Below, one piece after another: positions 11,077 to 21,836 of a stretch of DNA of 64,000 nucleotides. Position 1 is the stretch's first letter, and each line of letters begins with the position of its first letter. A model generated the notes under the pieces. That model saw only the letters and a program-made list of their open reading frames with translations, was not told the origin of the DNA and made no database searches. Location: the NCBI RefSeq assembly GCF_946221635.1, contig NZ_CAMIHB010000006.1:3522-67521 (forward strand). Direction: 5' to 3'. Position numbers and translations under genes: made by a program. Source of the DNA: an uncultured Rhodoferax sp. (GTDB lineage Bacteria > Pseudomonadota > Gammaproteobacteria > Burkholderiales > Burkholderiaceae_C).

Positions 11077-13518
11077 GTGTCTGAGCGTTTGCGCATTGCC
11101 GTGTTGAGCCGCAATTTCTCCACCACCGGCGGTGGGGCGGAGCGCTATTCCATCGCGCTGGTGGAGCAGTTGGCGGTCCGTCACGAAGTGCATGTGTTTG
11201 CGCAAGCCATTGCCCACGACTTTCCTGGTGTGAATTACCACCGGATTCCCATGCCGATGGAGCGGCCACGCTGGATCAACCAACTCTACTTCGGGTGGAA
11301 GACTTGGCGTGCAACACGCACGGGCTTTGACATCGTGCATTCCCATGAAAACAGCTGGCATGGCAATGTACAAACCGTGCATGTGCTACCCGTGAAGCAC
11401 ACGCTGTTTGCGGGTAAGCGGGGCTTGGCGCTGGCCTTACGCTGGCTCAAGGTCGTCACGAGTCCGCGTCTATTGGCCTACTTGTGGCTGGAAAAGCGCC
11501 GCTATGCCTGGGGTCTGCGCAAGCAGATCGTTGCGGCTTCGGAATCCCTGCGGGACGTGGTGGCCCAGACATTTCCCCGTGCACAGTCGATGTTGTCCGT
11601 GGTGGCGCCTGGGGTGGAAGCGGCTCCTGGCAGAGGTAAACCGGAAGTGCGCGATGCGGCGCGCCGGAGTTTGGGCCTGTCATCCGGAGCCGGTTCCTGG
11701 TTGTTGTTCGTCGGCAATGACGTGGTTCGCAAGGGTTTACCTGCTTTGTTGGAGGCATTGCGCCAGTTGCCTTCCGACGTGGGGTTGCTGGTGGTTGGAC
11801 AGGGCGACGGACAGGCACAGGCCATGGCCCAAGCGCAGGAATTGGGCTTGGCGTCGCGGGTCAGATTCCTGGGCGCGTTGCGCGACATGGAACCGGTCTA
11901 CAAAGCGGCCGATGTCTTGGTGCACCCTACGCTGGAAGACGCTTATGGCATGGTGGTGCTGGAAGCCATGGCGCACGGCTTGCCCGTTGTCGTGAGCCAA
12001 GCGCGTTACTGCGGCATCGCCCGAGAGTTGCGGGATGGCGTCGATGCCTTGCTGTTGCAGGATCCCCGTGATGCAGCGGCGATGACAAGTGCCATCGCGA
12101 AGGTATTGCAGGATTCCCAGGTGGTTTTGACCATGTCGCACGCGGCAGTGGCCTTTGCCCGGGAGCGCTCCTGGGCGCACGCCGCTGCGGCGTATGAGGA
12201 CCTGTACAAGCGTGCTGCACCGCGTTACCGTCAACGTTGGCTGGTGCTGGCCCACGCCTTCAATATGGATGGCCGCGCTGCCAGCCAGACGATTACCGAC
12301 AAGCTGCCGCATTTGGAGGCGGCGGGCATCGAGCTGGTGGTGCTCAGCGGAGTCTCTGGCAAACGGGATGCGCACTATGAGCACTACCAGCTCTGGCCAT
12401 CGGGGCCAGCGGGCATCCGTTTTGAGCTGCGTCACGTGTTGCGCAAGTGCCTGGGCCACCCCAAGGGGTATCGCCTAGTCATGGTGCTGCTGTCCATTCC
12501 CTTGCTGCCGTTCATGTTCGTCGAAAAACTGCTGCGGCCCGTGGAAAGCTCTTGGTCGTGGTGGCTCAGCGCTTATTGCAAAGGGCGGTTGCTGGCCCGG
12601 CAACGCAAGTTCGACCTCATCTATTCCACTGGCGGGGCTTTTGCGGCCCATGTGGCTGGACGCGCCTTGAAACGGGCGCTGGGTGTGCGCTGGCTGGCGG
12701 AGGTGCATGACCCTCTGGTGATGCCGGGCAGCACGCCCGGGACTGCGCAGGAGCGCATGCAGGCCGACGTGGAGCGTTTGATTTGTACCGATGCGGATGT
12801 CGCCATCTGGTTTACCGAACAGGCACTGGCCAGTGCCAGACGCCGTCATCCTCAGTTGGGCGAGCGTGGCAAGATGCTGTTACCGGGTATTGACGCACCC
12901 TTCAAGGAGCTGCCGCCTTACGTGCCGGGACCCAAGATGGTCATCGGTCACTTCGGGTCCTTGTCTGCCACCCGCAACCTGACTCCTGTCATTTCGGCGC
13001 TGGAAACCCTGATCGCCCAACGCCCCGAGCTGCGGGACAGGCTGGAACTGCAACTCACCGGCGGCCCGCTGGACACTGTCTCTCAAGCCGCCCTGGCCCA
13101 TTCCCCTGTGCGGGATCTGGTGCGGCACCTGGGGCGTATCGAAGCGGACCCTGTGACCGGCATGTCCGGCCGGGAGCAAATCTTGCGCCGCATGCGCAGT
13201 GCTGACGTGCTGCTGCTGCTGCATGGCACCGAGCCCATTTGTGCGGAGTACATTCCGTCCAAGCTCTACGAATACCTCTGGATGCAGAGGCCGATTCTGG
13301 CGACGGTGCACGGGAATGCGCAGATGGCGGAGTTGTTGCGGGGGCAGGGGCATTGCGTGGTCGAAACCAACGATGGTGATGCCCTGCCGGCTCTGACCTG
13401 GGAGCTGGAGCAACTGTTGACGCGCTGGAGCGGAGGGGGGCTGACCGACTGTGGGCGGTCTAGCTCTTACACGACAGAGGCTGCGGTTTCCCAGTTGCTG
13501 TTGGGAGTTGGGTCTTGA
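11077..13518 (+). CDS. Tandem (double) family-4 glycosyltransferase fusion protein
   Basis: The 813 aa protein has two GT4/GT-B-like halves (aa ~1-375 and ~385-813), each with the EX7E-type region. It is the first gene of the polysaccharide cluster. Confidence 0.7.
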   Translation: MSERLRIAVLSRNFSTTGGGAERYSIALVEQLAVRHEVHVFAQAIAHDFPGVNYHRIPMPMERPRWINQLYFGWKTWRATRTGFDIVHSHENSWHGNVQTVHVLPVKHTLFAGKRGLALALRWLKVVTSPRLLAYLWLEKRRYAWGLRKQIVAASESLRDVVAQTFPRAQSMLSVVAPGVEAAPGRGKPEVRDAARRSLGLSSGAGSWLLFVGNDVVRKGLPALLEALRQLPSDVGLLVVGQGDGQAQAMAQAQELGLASRVRFLGALRDMEPVYKAADVLVHPTLEDAYGMVVLEAMAHGLPVVVSQARYCGIARELRDGVDALLLQDPRDAAAMTSAIAKVLQDSQVVLTMSHAAVAFARERSWAHAAAAYEDLYKRAAPRYRQRWLVLAHAFNMDGRAASQTITDKLPHLEAAGIELVVLSGVSGKRDAHYEHYQLWPSGPAGIRFELRHVLRKCLGHPKGYRLVMVLLSIPLLPFMFVEKLLRPVESSWSWWLSAYCKGRLLARQRKFDLIYSTGGAFAAHVAGRALKRALGVRWLAEVHDPLVMPGSTPGTAQERMQADVERLICTDADVAIWFTEQALASARRRHPQLGERGKMLLPGIDAPFKELPPYVPGPKMVIGHFGSLSATRNLTPVISALETLIAQRPELRDRLELQLTGGPLDTVSQAALAHSPVRDLVRHLGRIEADPVTGMSGREQILRRMRSADVLLLLHGTEPICAEYIPSKLYEYLWMQRPILATVHGNAQMAELLRGQGHCVVETNDGDALPALTWELEQLLTRWSGGGLTDCGRSSSYTTEAAVSQLLLGVGS

Positions 13519-15422
13519 GCATTGCCTACCGTTCCGATATTGATGGTTTGCGGGCTGTGGCCATTCTTACCGTGGTGGCGTTCCACGCGTTCCCGGAGTG
13601 GTTCCCTGGTGGCTTCATAGGCGTCGATGTTTTTTTTGTGATTTCCGGCTACTTGATCACCTGCATCCTGCGGCAGGAAATGCAAAGTGGCCGTTGGAGT
13701 TTGGCATCCTTCTACGCGCGCCGCATTGTCCGCATCTTTCCTGCGCTGGTGCTGGTGCTGCTGGCCTGCTTGGTTGCCGGCTGGCATACCTTGCTAGCGC
13801 AGGAGTACATGCAACTCGGCAAGCATTTGGGTTTGGGTGCCGCCTTCCTCTCGAACATTGGGCTGTGGTGGGAAGCCGGCTACTTTGACAAGGCATCTGA
13901 GGTCAAACCCTTGTTGCATCTATGGTCGCTGGCCATCGAGGAGCAGTTCTACATTGCGTGGCCGCCGCTGCTTTGGCTGATCCTTCGCAGCCGCCGCCAA
14001 GCAGCGGGATGGGTGGTCACCTTGGCCGCTTTGTCATTCATGCTATCGGTTTGGTGGGTCTGGGGCGACCGCACCCAGGCCTTTTATTCGCCGTTGAGCC
14101 GGGCCTGGGAACTTTTGGCTGGCGCCTGGTTGGCCTTGCAGGCGCCCCAACGATTACAGTCGCTGGGTTCCAAGGGGCGCGGCCTTGCCGCCGTTGTGTT
14201 GCTGTTGGCGACCGTACTGCTCAATGCCCGATGGCCGTTCCCCGGCTTGTTGGCCTTGCTGCCGGTGTTGGCGGCTTTGGTGCTGATCGGGGTTCCATCC
14301 TCTGTTGACTGGAGCGGGCGGCTGCTCAGCCATCCTGCCATGGTGGCGCTGGGCAAGGTGAGCTACCCTTGGTACTTATGGCACTGGCCGTTGTTGAGCT
14401 TTGCCTACATCATTGACAGCGGCCAAGCCCCGGCCGGACTGCGCTTGGCTTTGGTGTTGGCCAGTCTGCTGCTGGCGTTTCTGACCTACCGGTTGTGGGA
14501 ACTGCCTCTGCGAAAACTGCCGCGCCGTTGGGTAATTGGTCTGCTGGTGCTGGCCATGGGCATCCTGGGCTTATTGGGCAAAAATATATTTGACCGCCAC
14601 GGCTTGGAGCGCATACGCCATAAGAACCTGATCCAGCTGGACCAAAGTGCGAGCCAGGATTTTCTGGATTTTGAGAAGCAGGGCCTGATCACCGAGGCCA
14701 AGTGCGAAAAACCTTTCAAATTCCCAGAGCGCGAGGTGTGTCTGCTGGCCCATCCGGACCAACCAGCCAGCGCGGTGGTACTGGGCGATAGTCACGCGGT
14801 CCATGCTTTTTGGGGCCTGGCCCGAGCGTTCGAGGCCCAAGGCCTCAACCTGGCCGTACGCGGTAAAGGCGCTTGTGTACCTGTCATGCCGGCGAAGCCA
14901 GGCGCTGCGAGTTCAGAGTGCGAGCGCCACATGGAGGCCACGCTGCGTGATATTGCGGCGGATACTCGGGTCCGTGCCGTGGCACTGGTGTTTCGCGGCC
15001 GTTATCTCTCGGTGTCCTCCACGCCTCAGCAGCGGCAAGATTTCGAGATTCAGCTCGATGCCACCTTGTCACTGCTGCAAGCTGCTGGTAAACAGGTGTA
15101 TTACTTCCTGCCGGTAGTAGAGCCGGGCTTCGACCCGCGCTTATGCCTAGGGGCGCTGCCGCTAGGGCGCAAGCCGCCGTTTTCTTGTGTCATTGACAAG
15201 GCAGGCGACGACGTCAAATCCGAAGCGTTGCGCTCCGGTGCTGCACGTGTGCTTGCGCGGCGGCCCCAGGTCCATGTGGTAGACCCGAATACCCAGCTGT
15301 GCCGCGATGGCCTATGCCCTATCCTGCAAGATGGGCATAGCATGTTCAAAGATGAGAATCATCTCTCCCAGGCTGGTTCGCTCAGGCTGAGCGAGAGCTT
15401 GGGAACAACAGCCAAACATTGA
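13515..15422 (+). CDS. Acyltransferase-3 family membrane protein with a C-terminal SGNH domain (OafA/YrhL-like O-acetyltransferase)
   Basis: The 635 aa protein has the N-terminal motif RSDIDGLRAVAILTVVAFHAF...VDVFFVISGY, a multi-TM region, then a soluble domain. It uses a TTG start overlapping the upstream stop. Confidence 0.8.
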   Translation: MSIAYRSDIDGLRAVAILTVVAFHAFPEWFPGGFIGVDVFFVISGYLITCILRQEMQSGRWSLASFYARRIVRIFPALVLVLLACLVAGWHTLLAQEYMQLGKHLGLGAAFLSNIGLWWEAGYFDKASEVKPLLHLWSLAIEEQFYIAWPPLLWLILRSRRQAAGWVVTLAALSFMLSVWWVWGDRTQAFYSPLSRAWELLAGAWLALQAPQRLQSLGSKGRGLAAVVLLLATVLLNARWPFPGLLALLPVLAALVLIGVPSSVDWSGRLLSHPAMVALGKVSYPWYLWHWPLLSFAYIIDSGQAPAGLRLALVLASLLLAFLTYRLWELPLRKLPRRWVIGLLVLAMGILGLLGKNIFDRHGLERIRHKNLIQLDQSASQDFLDFEKQGLITEAKCEKPFKFPEREVCLLAHPDQPASAVVLGDSHAVHAFWGLARAFEAQGLNLAVRGKGACVPVMPAKPGAASSECERHMEATLRDIAADTRVRAVALVFRGRYLSVSSTPQQRQDFEIQLDATLSLLQAAGKQVYYFLPVVEPGFDPRLCLGALPLGRKPPFSCVIDKAGDDVKSEALRSGAARVLARRPQVHVVDPNTQLCRDGLCPILQDGHSMFKDENHLSQAGSLRLSESLGTTAKH

Positions 15423-15429
15423 GAGATCC

Positions 15430-16908
15430 ATGACATTGAAACGATTTCAGGCGCTCTATCTCGCACTGCTGCTGGGCTTTGCCGGCGTGTTGTCCGTGTC
15501 GGGTACGATTGCCCTGCGCAATGTGCTGCACTTGGGGTTACTGCTACTGCTGCTGGGCTATCTGGTGTTGCGTTGGCGTATGGACCGGCCACTTGTGGTC
15601 GCGCTGACTGCTGCCGTGCCCTTGCCAGTCTGGCTCTGGTGTGCCTACTTGCTTTTGTTTCCGTTGATTGCCCCCGAGAGTGGTGGTGCCTGGTCCAATC
15701 TGTTGGGCAAGGGCATGTGGGGCGAATCGATCCTGACCTGGCTGCTCGCTTGGGGGGCTTTTCTGATTCTGACTCCCGCACGCCTCTCTCTTTGGGCGTT
15801 GGCGCTGGTCAGCGCGGTGCCGGTCTTCATCCATCTAGTTCTGACGGTGTTGGCCTGGGGTGGGGTGCTACAGCCTGCTTTTTTTGAAGATCCGTCGCTG
15901 CAGGCGGCGGGGCGCTCTGTTCTGGTTGTGTTGCGTGACTTTTCCCTGCTGCAAAGTCCTTTTTCTGTGTTCCCATTGGGGTTCAGAGGCATTGAACCCA
16001 TGCATGGTAATTTGGGCTATCCCGCTTCACAGACGATGTGCCTGGGTCTCGCCGTGATGTTTGCCGCGTGGCGCCAGGCGGACCGCCGCATGGCCTTTAA
16101 GTCAGGGAGCTTGGTGGCCCTGTGCTTTGTCAGCGTGGTGATTGCACAATCACGCGCAGCCGCCTACTTCGGACTGCTGATTGTTGTGCTGGCCTGCGCC
16201 ATCTATATGGTGGGGGGGCGTGTCCAGCGTTCGTCGTTGCGCTTGGGGCGCGGTGCCCTTCTCAGTGGCTTGGGGGGCACTGCTCTGTGCTTGGTGTTTT
16301 TTTATCAAGTGGTGGCGCACAACCCGGTCTGGTACTCCATGGGAGACAAGATGGCGATGGGTTTCCAAGTGAAAACCCCCAAAGATTTGCTGTGCGAGGG
16401 CTTCACTCCTGCCACCTCCGAGTTCGTGCGCCAAAAGCATGCCGACAAGGACGATGTATATATCGAATCCCTCATCGATGGACTGCGCGGTGATGGTGGC
16501 CGTGTGCTACTGGCCCGCGTAGGCGCAGAACTCAGCGTTAACAATCCCTGGGGTTGGAACGGTGGGCGTGATGCCTACCAGTACCGTATAGAGCAGCTTT
16601 GCGGTCATGTACCGGCCATGAACTTTTCCCATGCTCACAATGCCTGGATCAATCTCATTTTGGCGCTGGGTTGGGTGGGGGCGCTTCTCTATGCCTGGGT
16701 CTTGTTGTACTTCGCCAAGACGGGATGGGGCGCGCTCGGCCAGGAACAGATCTGGCCGGTGGGCATGGCGCTGCTGCTGCTGTCAATCTTTTGGCTGTTG
16801 CGTGGCTTGGTGGACGCCGTCTACCAGGAGCACTATCTGGAGATGCAGGCCCTGTTTCTGCTGACCCTATTCCTGCTCCTGCGCTCAGGCAAACCAGTGT
16901 CGGAATAG
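15430..16908 (+). CDS. O-antigen ligase (WaaL)/polymerase-like membrane protein
   Basis: The 492 aa polytopic protein has a large periplasmic loop carrying the SHAHNAWINLILALGWVG motif (Wzy_C signature H-N-x-x-L). Confidence 0.7.
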   Translation: MTLKRFQALYLALLLGFAGVLSVSGTIALRNVLHLGLLLLLLGYLVLRWRMDRPLVVALTAAVPLPVWLWCAYLLLFPLIAPESGGAWSNLLGKGMWGESILTWLLAWGAFLILTPARLSLWALALVSAVPVFIHLVLTVLAWGGVLQPAFFEDPSLQAAGRSVLVVLRDFSLLQSPFSVFPLGFRGIEPMHGNLGYPASQTMCLGLAVMFAAWRQADRRMAFKSGSLVALCFVSVVIAQSRAAAYFGLLIVVLACAIYMVGGRVQRSSLRLGRGALLSGLGGTALCLVFFYQVVAHNPVWYSMGDKMAMGFQVKTPKDLLCEGFTPATSEFVRQKHADKDDVYIESLIDGLRGDGGRVLLARVGAELSVNNPWGWNGGRDAYQYRIEQLCGHVPAMNFSHAHNAWINLILALGWVGALLYAWVLLYFAKTGWGALGQEQIWPVGMALLLLSIFWLLRGLVDAVYQEHYLEMQALFLLTLFLLLRSGKPVSE

Positions 16909-17640
16909 CGGATTGCGCTTGGTGCGCTGGTAGCGCCATTTTTCCTTGTACTGGCGCAGCCAGCTGTTCTTGTAGTAGACCCCGGTGCCGCCGCCTACAC
17001 CGCAGATGACGGGCGGCGGGTTCATGAGGCAGCCCTGCAACTGCTCCCTCAGAAAAATGTCGCAAAAGCTTTCTTCCAGTCCATAGCCCGCATCGGTGCG
17101 TATGGCCTCGTGGGCGTGCAAAAAGTGCTGGCAGTAGGTAACGACATCCATGGCGTAGAAGCGGGTGTCGATATAGGCCAAGGTTGCGGGTTTGCGCAGC
17201 GAAAACACGTTGTTGAACACCGCTTTCATAAGCAGGCGTCCATTCCACGCCTGCATGCAGGCTGCAAAGTTCTGCACCCATAGTTTGGACGTACATTTTG
17301 CAAAGCAGTTAGCTGCCTGGATCAGTCTGGAGTGCTCAAGCGCGTGGCGTACGATCTCGCCCTCACCGTAGCCGCGACCTTGCAGTTGAACACGTTGCAC
17401 GTCGTTCTGGAAATGCAGGCACTCCACCGGGCCGCTGCCGGGCAAAGTGGTCACATGGGTCTGGAAATCGAAGCCCGAACCATCGCAAAGTACCAGGGGA
17501 TTCAGCGGCGCAATGCGGCGCCATGCTTGAATGGACTCCAGTGCTAGGCGTTCGCGTTCGCCGGGATCCTGCAGGCGCACGCCTTTATCGTGGGCAATCA
17601 CACTGGAGGTCAGCAAGATGGGAATCTGGGTGTGGTTCAT
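16885..17640 (-). CDS. Hypothetical protein of the polysaccharide cluster (possible sugar-modifying enzyme)
   Basis: This is a 251 aa intact ORF with GC (~58%) lower than the background. It has no recognisable catalytic motif. Confidence 0.5.
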   Translation of the reverse strand: MNHTQIPILLTSSVIAHDKGVRLQDPGERERLALESIQAWRRIAPLNPLVLCDGSGFDFQTHVTTLPGSGPVECLHFQNDVQRVQLQGRGYGEGEIVRHALEHSRLIQAANCFAKCTSKLWVQNFAACMQAWNGRLLMKAVFNNVFSLRKPATLAYIDTRFYAMDVVTYCQHFLHAHEAIRTDAGYGLEESFCDIFLREQLQGCLMNPPPVICGVGGGTGVYYKNSWLRQYKEKWRYQRTKRNPLFRHWFA

Positions 17641-18524
17641 ATGCGCCCCAGTTTGCGGCGTAGCCGTCGGCCCAGGCGCGACAGCAAGCTGCCACCTTCA
17701 CCGGGCCAGTCCAGCTCGCGCTCCCAGGCGGATTGGTAGATCACGCCGCAATACAGCGGGGCGAGCTGGGTCGGGGTGATACCCAAGCGTGTTTCCTGGT
17801 CGAGCTGCCAGGCGTAGTGATAGACCTTGAACAACGCCTGACAGGGATGTAGGGGAATGGCTTTGTAGGCCAGCAGCGCCTCGCCATACCAACGCGACTC
17901 TACAGGGGCCTCTGTTATTGCATCAGCGAAGCTCATGCCGCGGGGTTGCAGATAACGCTGATCCAGTGAATCCCAGACGGCACGGTGCCAGACCAGAGGG
18001 AAGGGGCCAAAGCTGTAGCGCCGCCCCTGGCGACCAAACTTCTGTTGCACCTGGGCGGCTTCGCGAACAAAAGCCTCCAAGATGCGACCGCGTCCATGCT
18101 GTAACGCGCCTTCGAGCAAGTCATGGGCTTCGTCGAGTACGGTGTAGGGGTAGCCGTCTGGCGCGAGAAAGTCCTGGGCGTCAAAAGGGCGGATGAAGAC
18201 CGCGTCCGAGTCCAGACAGACATAGGCTTGCGACAGCCCCAGGCGCCAGAACTCCGACTTCACGACCTGCTGGGCCACGGCGCCGTGCATGCGCGCGACC
18301 TGTGCGGCGTCTATGCGCGGCGAGGCTTGCAAAATGCTCTCGTCGCTGAGCAACTGTGCTGGGGTGCCGCTCAGGTGCTCGCGGAACAGCGCCAGGTCTG
18401 CCTCGGGCACAGAGATGTAGACGGGGATGTGGCTGGTATTGAAGCGTGCAATCGACGCCATGAGGCGCACGACGCGGCGCAGATCGGTGCTGTAGCTTTT
18501 GCAATACAGGGTCAGCGGGCTCAT
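17637..18524 (-). CDS. Putative DXD-motif nucleotide-sugar glycosyltransferase
   Basis: The 295 aa protein contains YVCLDSDAVFIRPF (DXD). It overlaps its neighbours by 4 nt, which is operon-like. Confidence 0.45.
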   Translation of the reverse strand: MSPLTLYCKSYSTDLRRVVRLMASIARFNTSHIPVYISVPEADLALFREHLSGTPAQLLSDESILQASPRIDAAQVARMHGAVAQQVVKSEFWRLGLSQAYVCLDSDAVFIRPFDAQDFLAPDGYPYTVLDEAHDLLEGALQHGRGRILEAFVREAAQVQQKFGRQGRRYSFGPFPLVWHRAVWDSLDQRYLQPRGMSFADAITEAPVESRWYGEALLAYKAIPLHPCQALFKVYHYAWQLDQETRLGITPTQLAPLYCGVIYQSAWERELDWPGEGGSLLSRLGRRLRRKLGRI

Positions 18525-19237
18525 GCGCGCTTGTCCTCATAGGCCGTGGCCACCTTCATGAAAAACTGCAGGGGATGCGTGGCGCGTGCCACCATGATAC
18601 GTTGGAGTGCGTATGGGTTGCAGGCAGGCTGGACACGGCCCCGGCGCGTGCTGGTAGCCGTCACATAGCCAGCCGTGCGCACCATCTCCTCGTGTTCGGG
18701 TCGGAACCAGCCATAGGGGTAGCAGAAGTGCCGCACTTCGGCCCCAAGCATCTGTTCGAGTTCTGCCTTGGACTGGGCAATTTGCTGTCGTGCGTCGTCG
18801 TCGGATAGTTCCTTGAGGTTGGCATGGGTCTGGGTGTGTGAGCCCACGTCCATGCCAGCGCTATGCCAGGCCAGCCAGTCTTGTCGCGTCATCAACTGCT
18901 TCTGCGCCACTTTGCCGGCGTCCCAGGCATTGGTGCCGCCCACCAGGCTGCTGACGCCGTAGCAGGTGGCGGTGAAGCCATTGGCTTTCAACGCGGGCAG
19001 GGCGTGGACCAGATTGTTCTGGTAGCCGTCATCAAAGGTAATGCCCACTACCTTGTCCTGTTGCTCGCCACGCAGATAGGGTTCCAGATCACGCATGGAT
19101 AGTCCTTTGTAGCCCATCAGGCGCAGCATACGCATCTGCCAGGCAAACGAGGAGGGCGCCACGATGAGGCCGCGCAGCGCCGTACCGCGCGGCGGCGGTG
19201 CGTCGATCTGGTGGTACATCAGTATCGGTATCTTCAT
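18521..19237 (-). CDS. Polysaccharide deacetylase (NodB-homology) family protein
   Basis: MKIPILMYHQI...ITFDDGYQNN...HTQTHANL is the NodB-domain signature. Confidence 0.85.
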   Translation of the reverse strand: MKIPILMYHQIDAPPPRGTALRGLIVAPSSFAWQMRMLRLMGYKGLSMRDLEPYLRGEQQDKVVGITFDDGYQNNLVHALPALKANGFTATCYGVSSLVGGTNAWDAGKVAQKQLMTRQDWLAWHSAGMDVGSHTQTHANLKELSDDDARQQIAQSKAELEQMLGAEVRHFCYPYGWFRPEHEEMVRTAGYVTATSTRRGRVQPACNPYALQRIMVARATHPLQFFMKVATAYEDKRA

Positions 19238-20967
19238 GTCTGCAACCTCTGCAGGTTGGCGTAATAGCCGTTGCACTGAAGCAGCGTGGTGTGGTCGCCA
19301 GATTCCACGATACGCCCTTGGTCCAGCACCACGATCAGGTCTGCGCGCTCAATAGTACTGAGGCGGTGGGCGATGACCAGGGTGGTGCGGTTGCGCATCA
19401 GTGTGGCCAGCGCTTCCTGCACCACGCGCTCCGACTCCGTGTCCAGTGCCGAAGTGGCCTCATCGAGAATGAGGATCGGCGCGTTCTTGAGCAAGGCTCG
19501 CGCAATCGCTATGCGTTGTCGCTGGCCACCTGACAGGGTGGCACCGTTCTCCCCCGTCAGGGTGTCTAACCCCGCCGGCAGTTGGGCAATGAACTCCCAG
19601 GCGTGGGCCGCCACGGCGGCCTCCTTGATCCTGGCGTCGTCGGCAACACGCGATTGACCAAAGGCAATATTGGCACGGATGCTGTCATTGAGCAGCACAA
19701 TGTCCTGGCTCACCAGGGCAATCTGGTCGCGCAGGCTGGACAGGGTCAGGGACTGTATGTCGATACCATCGATCGTGATGCGGCCGGACTCGGGCGCGTA
19801 GAAGCGTGGAATCAGCGCAGCCAGCGTGCTCTTGCCGCCGCCCGAGGCACCCACCAGCGCAACGGTCTGGCCGGATTTCACATTCAGGTCAATCCTGTTC
19901 AAGGCCAGCTTGTCGCTATCTGGATAGCGGAAGGACACGTTATCGAAGCGGATGTCGCCCTTGCAATGGGCAAGCCGTGCCTGTCCGGCATCGGCCTCCA
20001 CGGGCGCGTCCAGCACGCCAAAAACACTCTCGCAGGCGGCGAGGCCGCGCTGCAAGATGGGGCTGATGGTGGTGAGTTGCTTGATGGGCGAGATCAGCAG
20101 CAGCATGGCGGTGATGAAGGAGACAAAGCCGCCCGCCGTATCCCCGGCTTGGCCCATGGAGCGGCTCAGGGCCATGTAGATGATGAAGGCAATGGCGAGG
20201 GAGGCCGTCATGTGCGTGATGGGCGTGAGCGCCGAGGCCGGTACCGCCTCCTTCATCATGCTGCGCCGGAAGCTCTCGGTGACGGCATAGAAGCGCTGCT
20301 TCTGTTGCGCCTGGCCGCCATAGATCTTGATCACCTTGTTGGCCGCCGTTGTCTCTTCCACGGTGTGGGCTACGGCGCGCAGCGACTCCAGGCTGGCCTT
20401 GCTAGCTTTGCGGATGCGCCGGCCAAAGCTCTGGATGAGCGTGGCAATCACCGGCCCAACGGTGAGCGTGATCAGGGTTAACTTCCAGTCCAGATAAAGC
20501 AGGTAGGACAACAGCGCCACGGCGGTCAGGGATTCGCGCACTGCGGTCACGAGCACATTGGTCGCAGCTTGGTTGATGTTATCCACGTCATAGAGCAGGC
20601 GCGCGATCCATTGAGAGGCGGGCTGGCCGTGAAAGACCTGGGTTGGGGCGCCCACCAGCTTGTCGAACATGGCACGCCTCAGGTCCACTACAAGACGTGT
20701 GGAGACCCAAGTCATGAGGTAATTGGTGACAAAGGACAGCACGCCGCGTGCCAGAAACAGCAGCACGATGCTCGCGGGAATCAGCCACACCATGCGCGCG
20801 TCGGAGGTGCGAAAGCCGCTATCGAGCAGGTGTTTCATGATGGCCGGAAACACCGGCTCCGTTGCCGCCGTGCAGACCATGCAGAGTACTGCGATGGAAA
20901 AAGCTCTCCAGTAGGGGCGCAGAAAACCCAGCAGCCGCAGGTAGAGCGCGCGGTCTGCCTTAGTCAT
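19234..20967 (-). CDS. msbA: Lipid A export ABC transporter permease/ATPase
   Basis: The 577 aa protein has a 6-TM domain plus an ABC domain (GASGGGKST, LSGGQRQR, ILILDEATSALD). Confidence 0.9.
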   Translation of the reverse strand: MTKADRALYLRLLGFLRPYWRAFSIAVLCMVCTAATEPVFPAIMKHLLDSGFRTSDARMVWLIPASIVLLFLARGVLSFVTNYLMTWVSTRLVVDLRRAMFDKLVGAPTQVFHGQPASQWIARLLYDVDNINQAATNVLVTAVRESLTAVALLSYLLYLDWKLTLITLTVGPVIATLIQSFGRRIRKASKASLESLRAVAHTVEETTAANKVIKIYGGQAQQKQRFYAVTESFRRSMMKEAVPASALTPITHMTASLAIAFIIYMALSRSMGQAGDTAGGFVSFITAMLLLISPIKQLTTISPILQRGLAACESVFGVLDAPVEADAGQARLAHCKGDIRFDNVSFRYPDSDKLALNRIDLNVKSGQTVALVGASGGGKSTLAALIPRFYAPESGRITIDGIDIQSLTLSSLRDQIALVSQDIVLLNDSIRANIAFGQSRVADDARIKEAAVAAHAWEFIAQLPAGLDTLTGENGATLSGGQRQRIAIARALLKNAPILILDEATSALDTESERVVQEALATLMRNRTTLVIAHRLSTIERADLIVVLDQGRIVESGDHTTLLQCNGYYANLQRLQT

Positions 20968-21754
20968 GCCGGGACAGCGTGGGCTGGCTCGGAGAGCGCC
21001 AAGCGTCTCCCTGTTGAAGCTCCAGCGCCTTCACATAGCGGTAGAAGGTGCCCTCAAAGTTGCCTACGGCTATGACGAAGCCAGCCCAACCGTCAAGGAA
21101 CCCTAGTTTGAAGAGGTAGTGTTTCCAGAAGGCCCACTTGGCATGCAGCAGGGCGGATAGCATGGTGATGCGTTTGTGCTTGATCTTTTCCGCGCCGAGT
21201 GAGGAATAGCGGTTCGCCTTGTGCATTACCTCGGCCATGTTCTTGAAAGGGAATTGCCAGATCGCCTGCTGCATATGCCCCAGGGATTTTCCTGGCTCCA
21301 GGAGATAGCCCTCGTGCACCGGCTTCTGGTCATAGTGCATGGCGCCCTTGCGGAACAGCTGCGGCTGGCGGTAGTTGGGGTACCAGCCGGAATGCTTGAT
21401 CCAGCGGCCCATAAAGAAGTTGCGCCTCGGCGTGTGGTAAGCGTCCAGTGCGTTTGGGGCTTGCGTCAGTGCACGAATTTCTGCGGCTGCTTCCGGTGTG
21501 CAGCGCTCGTCGGCGTCCAGGCTGAAAATCCAGGGATGGGTACAGGCTTCAATAGCCTGGTTGCGCAGATCGCCAAAGCCCTTGAACTCGACCTGCACGA
21601 CACGCGCCCCTAATTGGGTAGCAAGTTCGGCAGTGTCGTCCGTGCTCCAAGAGTCCACCACCACAATTTCGTCGGCCCAGCGCACGCTCTCAATGGCGGC
21701 GCGGACTTTTTCCGCTTCGTTGTAGGCAATGATGTAGACAGAAATCAAGGGCAT
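20960..21754 (-). CDS. Family-2 glycosyltransferase (LPS core, WaaE/KdtX-like)
   Basis: ISVYIIAYNEAEKV...VVDSWSTDDT...SLDADE is a GT-A fold with a DXD motif. Confidence 0.8.
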   Translation of the reverse strand: MPLISVYIIAYNEAEKVRAAIESVRWADEIVVVDSWSTDDTAELATQLGARVVQVEFKGFGDLRNQAIEACTHPWIFSLDADERCTPEAAAEIRALTQAPNALDAYHTPRRNFFMGRWIKHSGWYPNYRQPQLFRKGAMHYDQKPVHEGYLLEPGKSLGHMQQAIWQFPFKNMAEVMHKANRYSSLGAEKIKHKRITMLSALLHAKWAFWKHYLFKLGFLDGWAGFVIAVGNFEGTFYRYVKALELQQGDAWRSPSQPTLSRHD

Positions 21755-21836
21755 GGGTGATAACATTCCACGGTGTTGTGAACTTTTCGCGTAGCGCAAC
21801 GTCTACGCCTGTCGCAGGTGCTCCAACACCCTCCGC

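Noticed and set aside
20390-20440. CCTTGCTAGCTTTGCGGATGCGCC in msbA, resembling the collapsed 5' hairpin (TTGCTAGCT) of the mini-element.
   Set aside because: There is no downstream ACGGGGGC block or 3' hairpin. The encoded segment (…FGRRIRKASKASLESL…) looks like native MsbA sequence.
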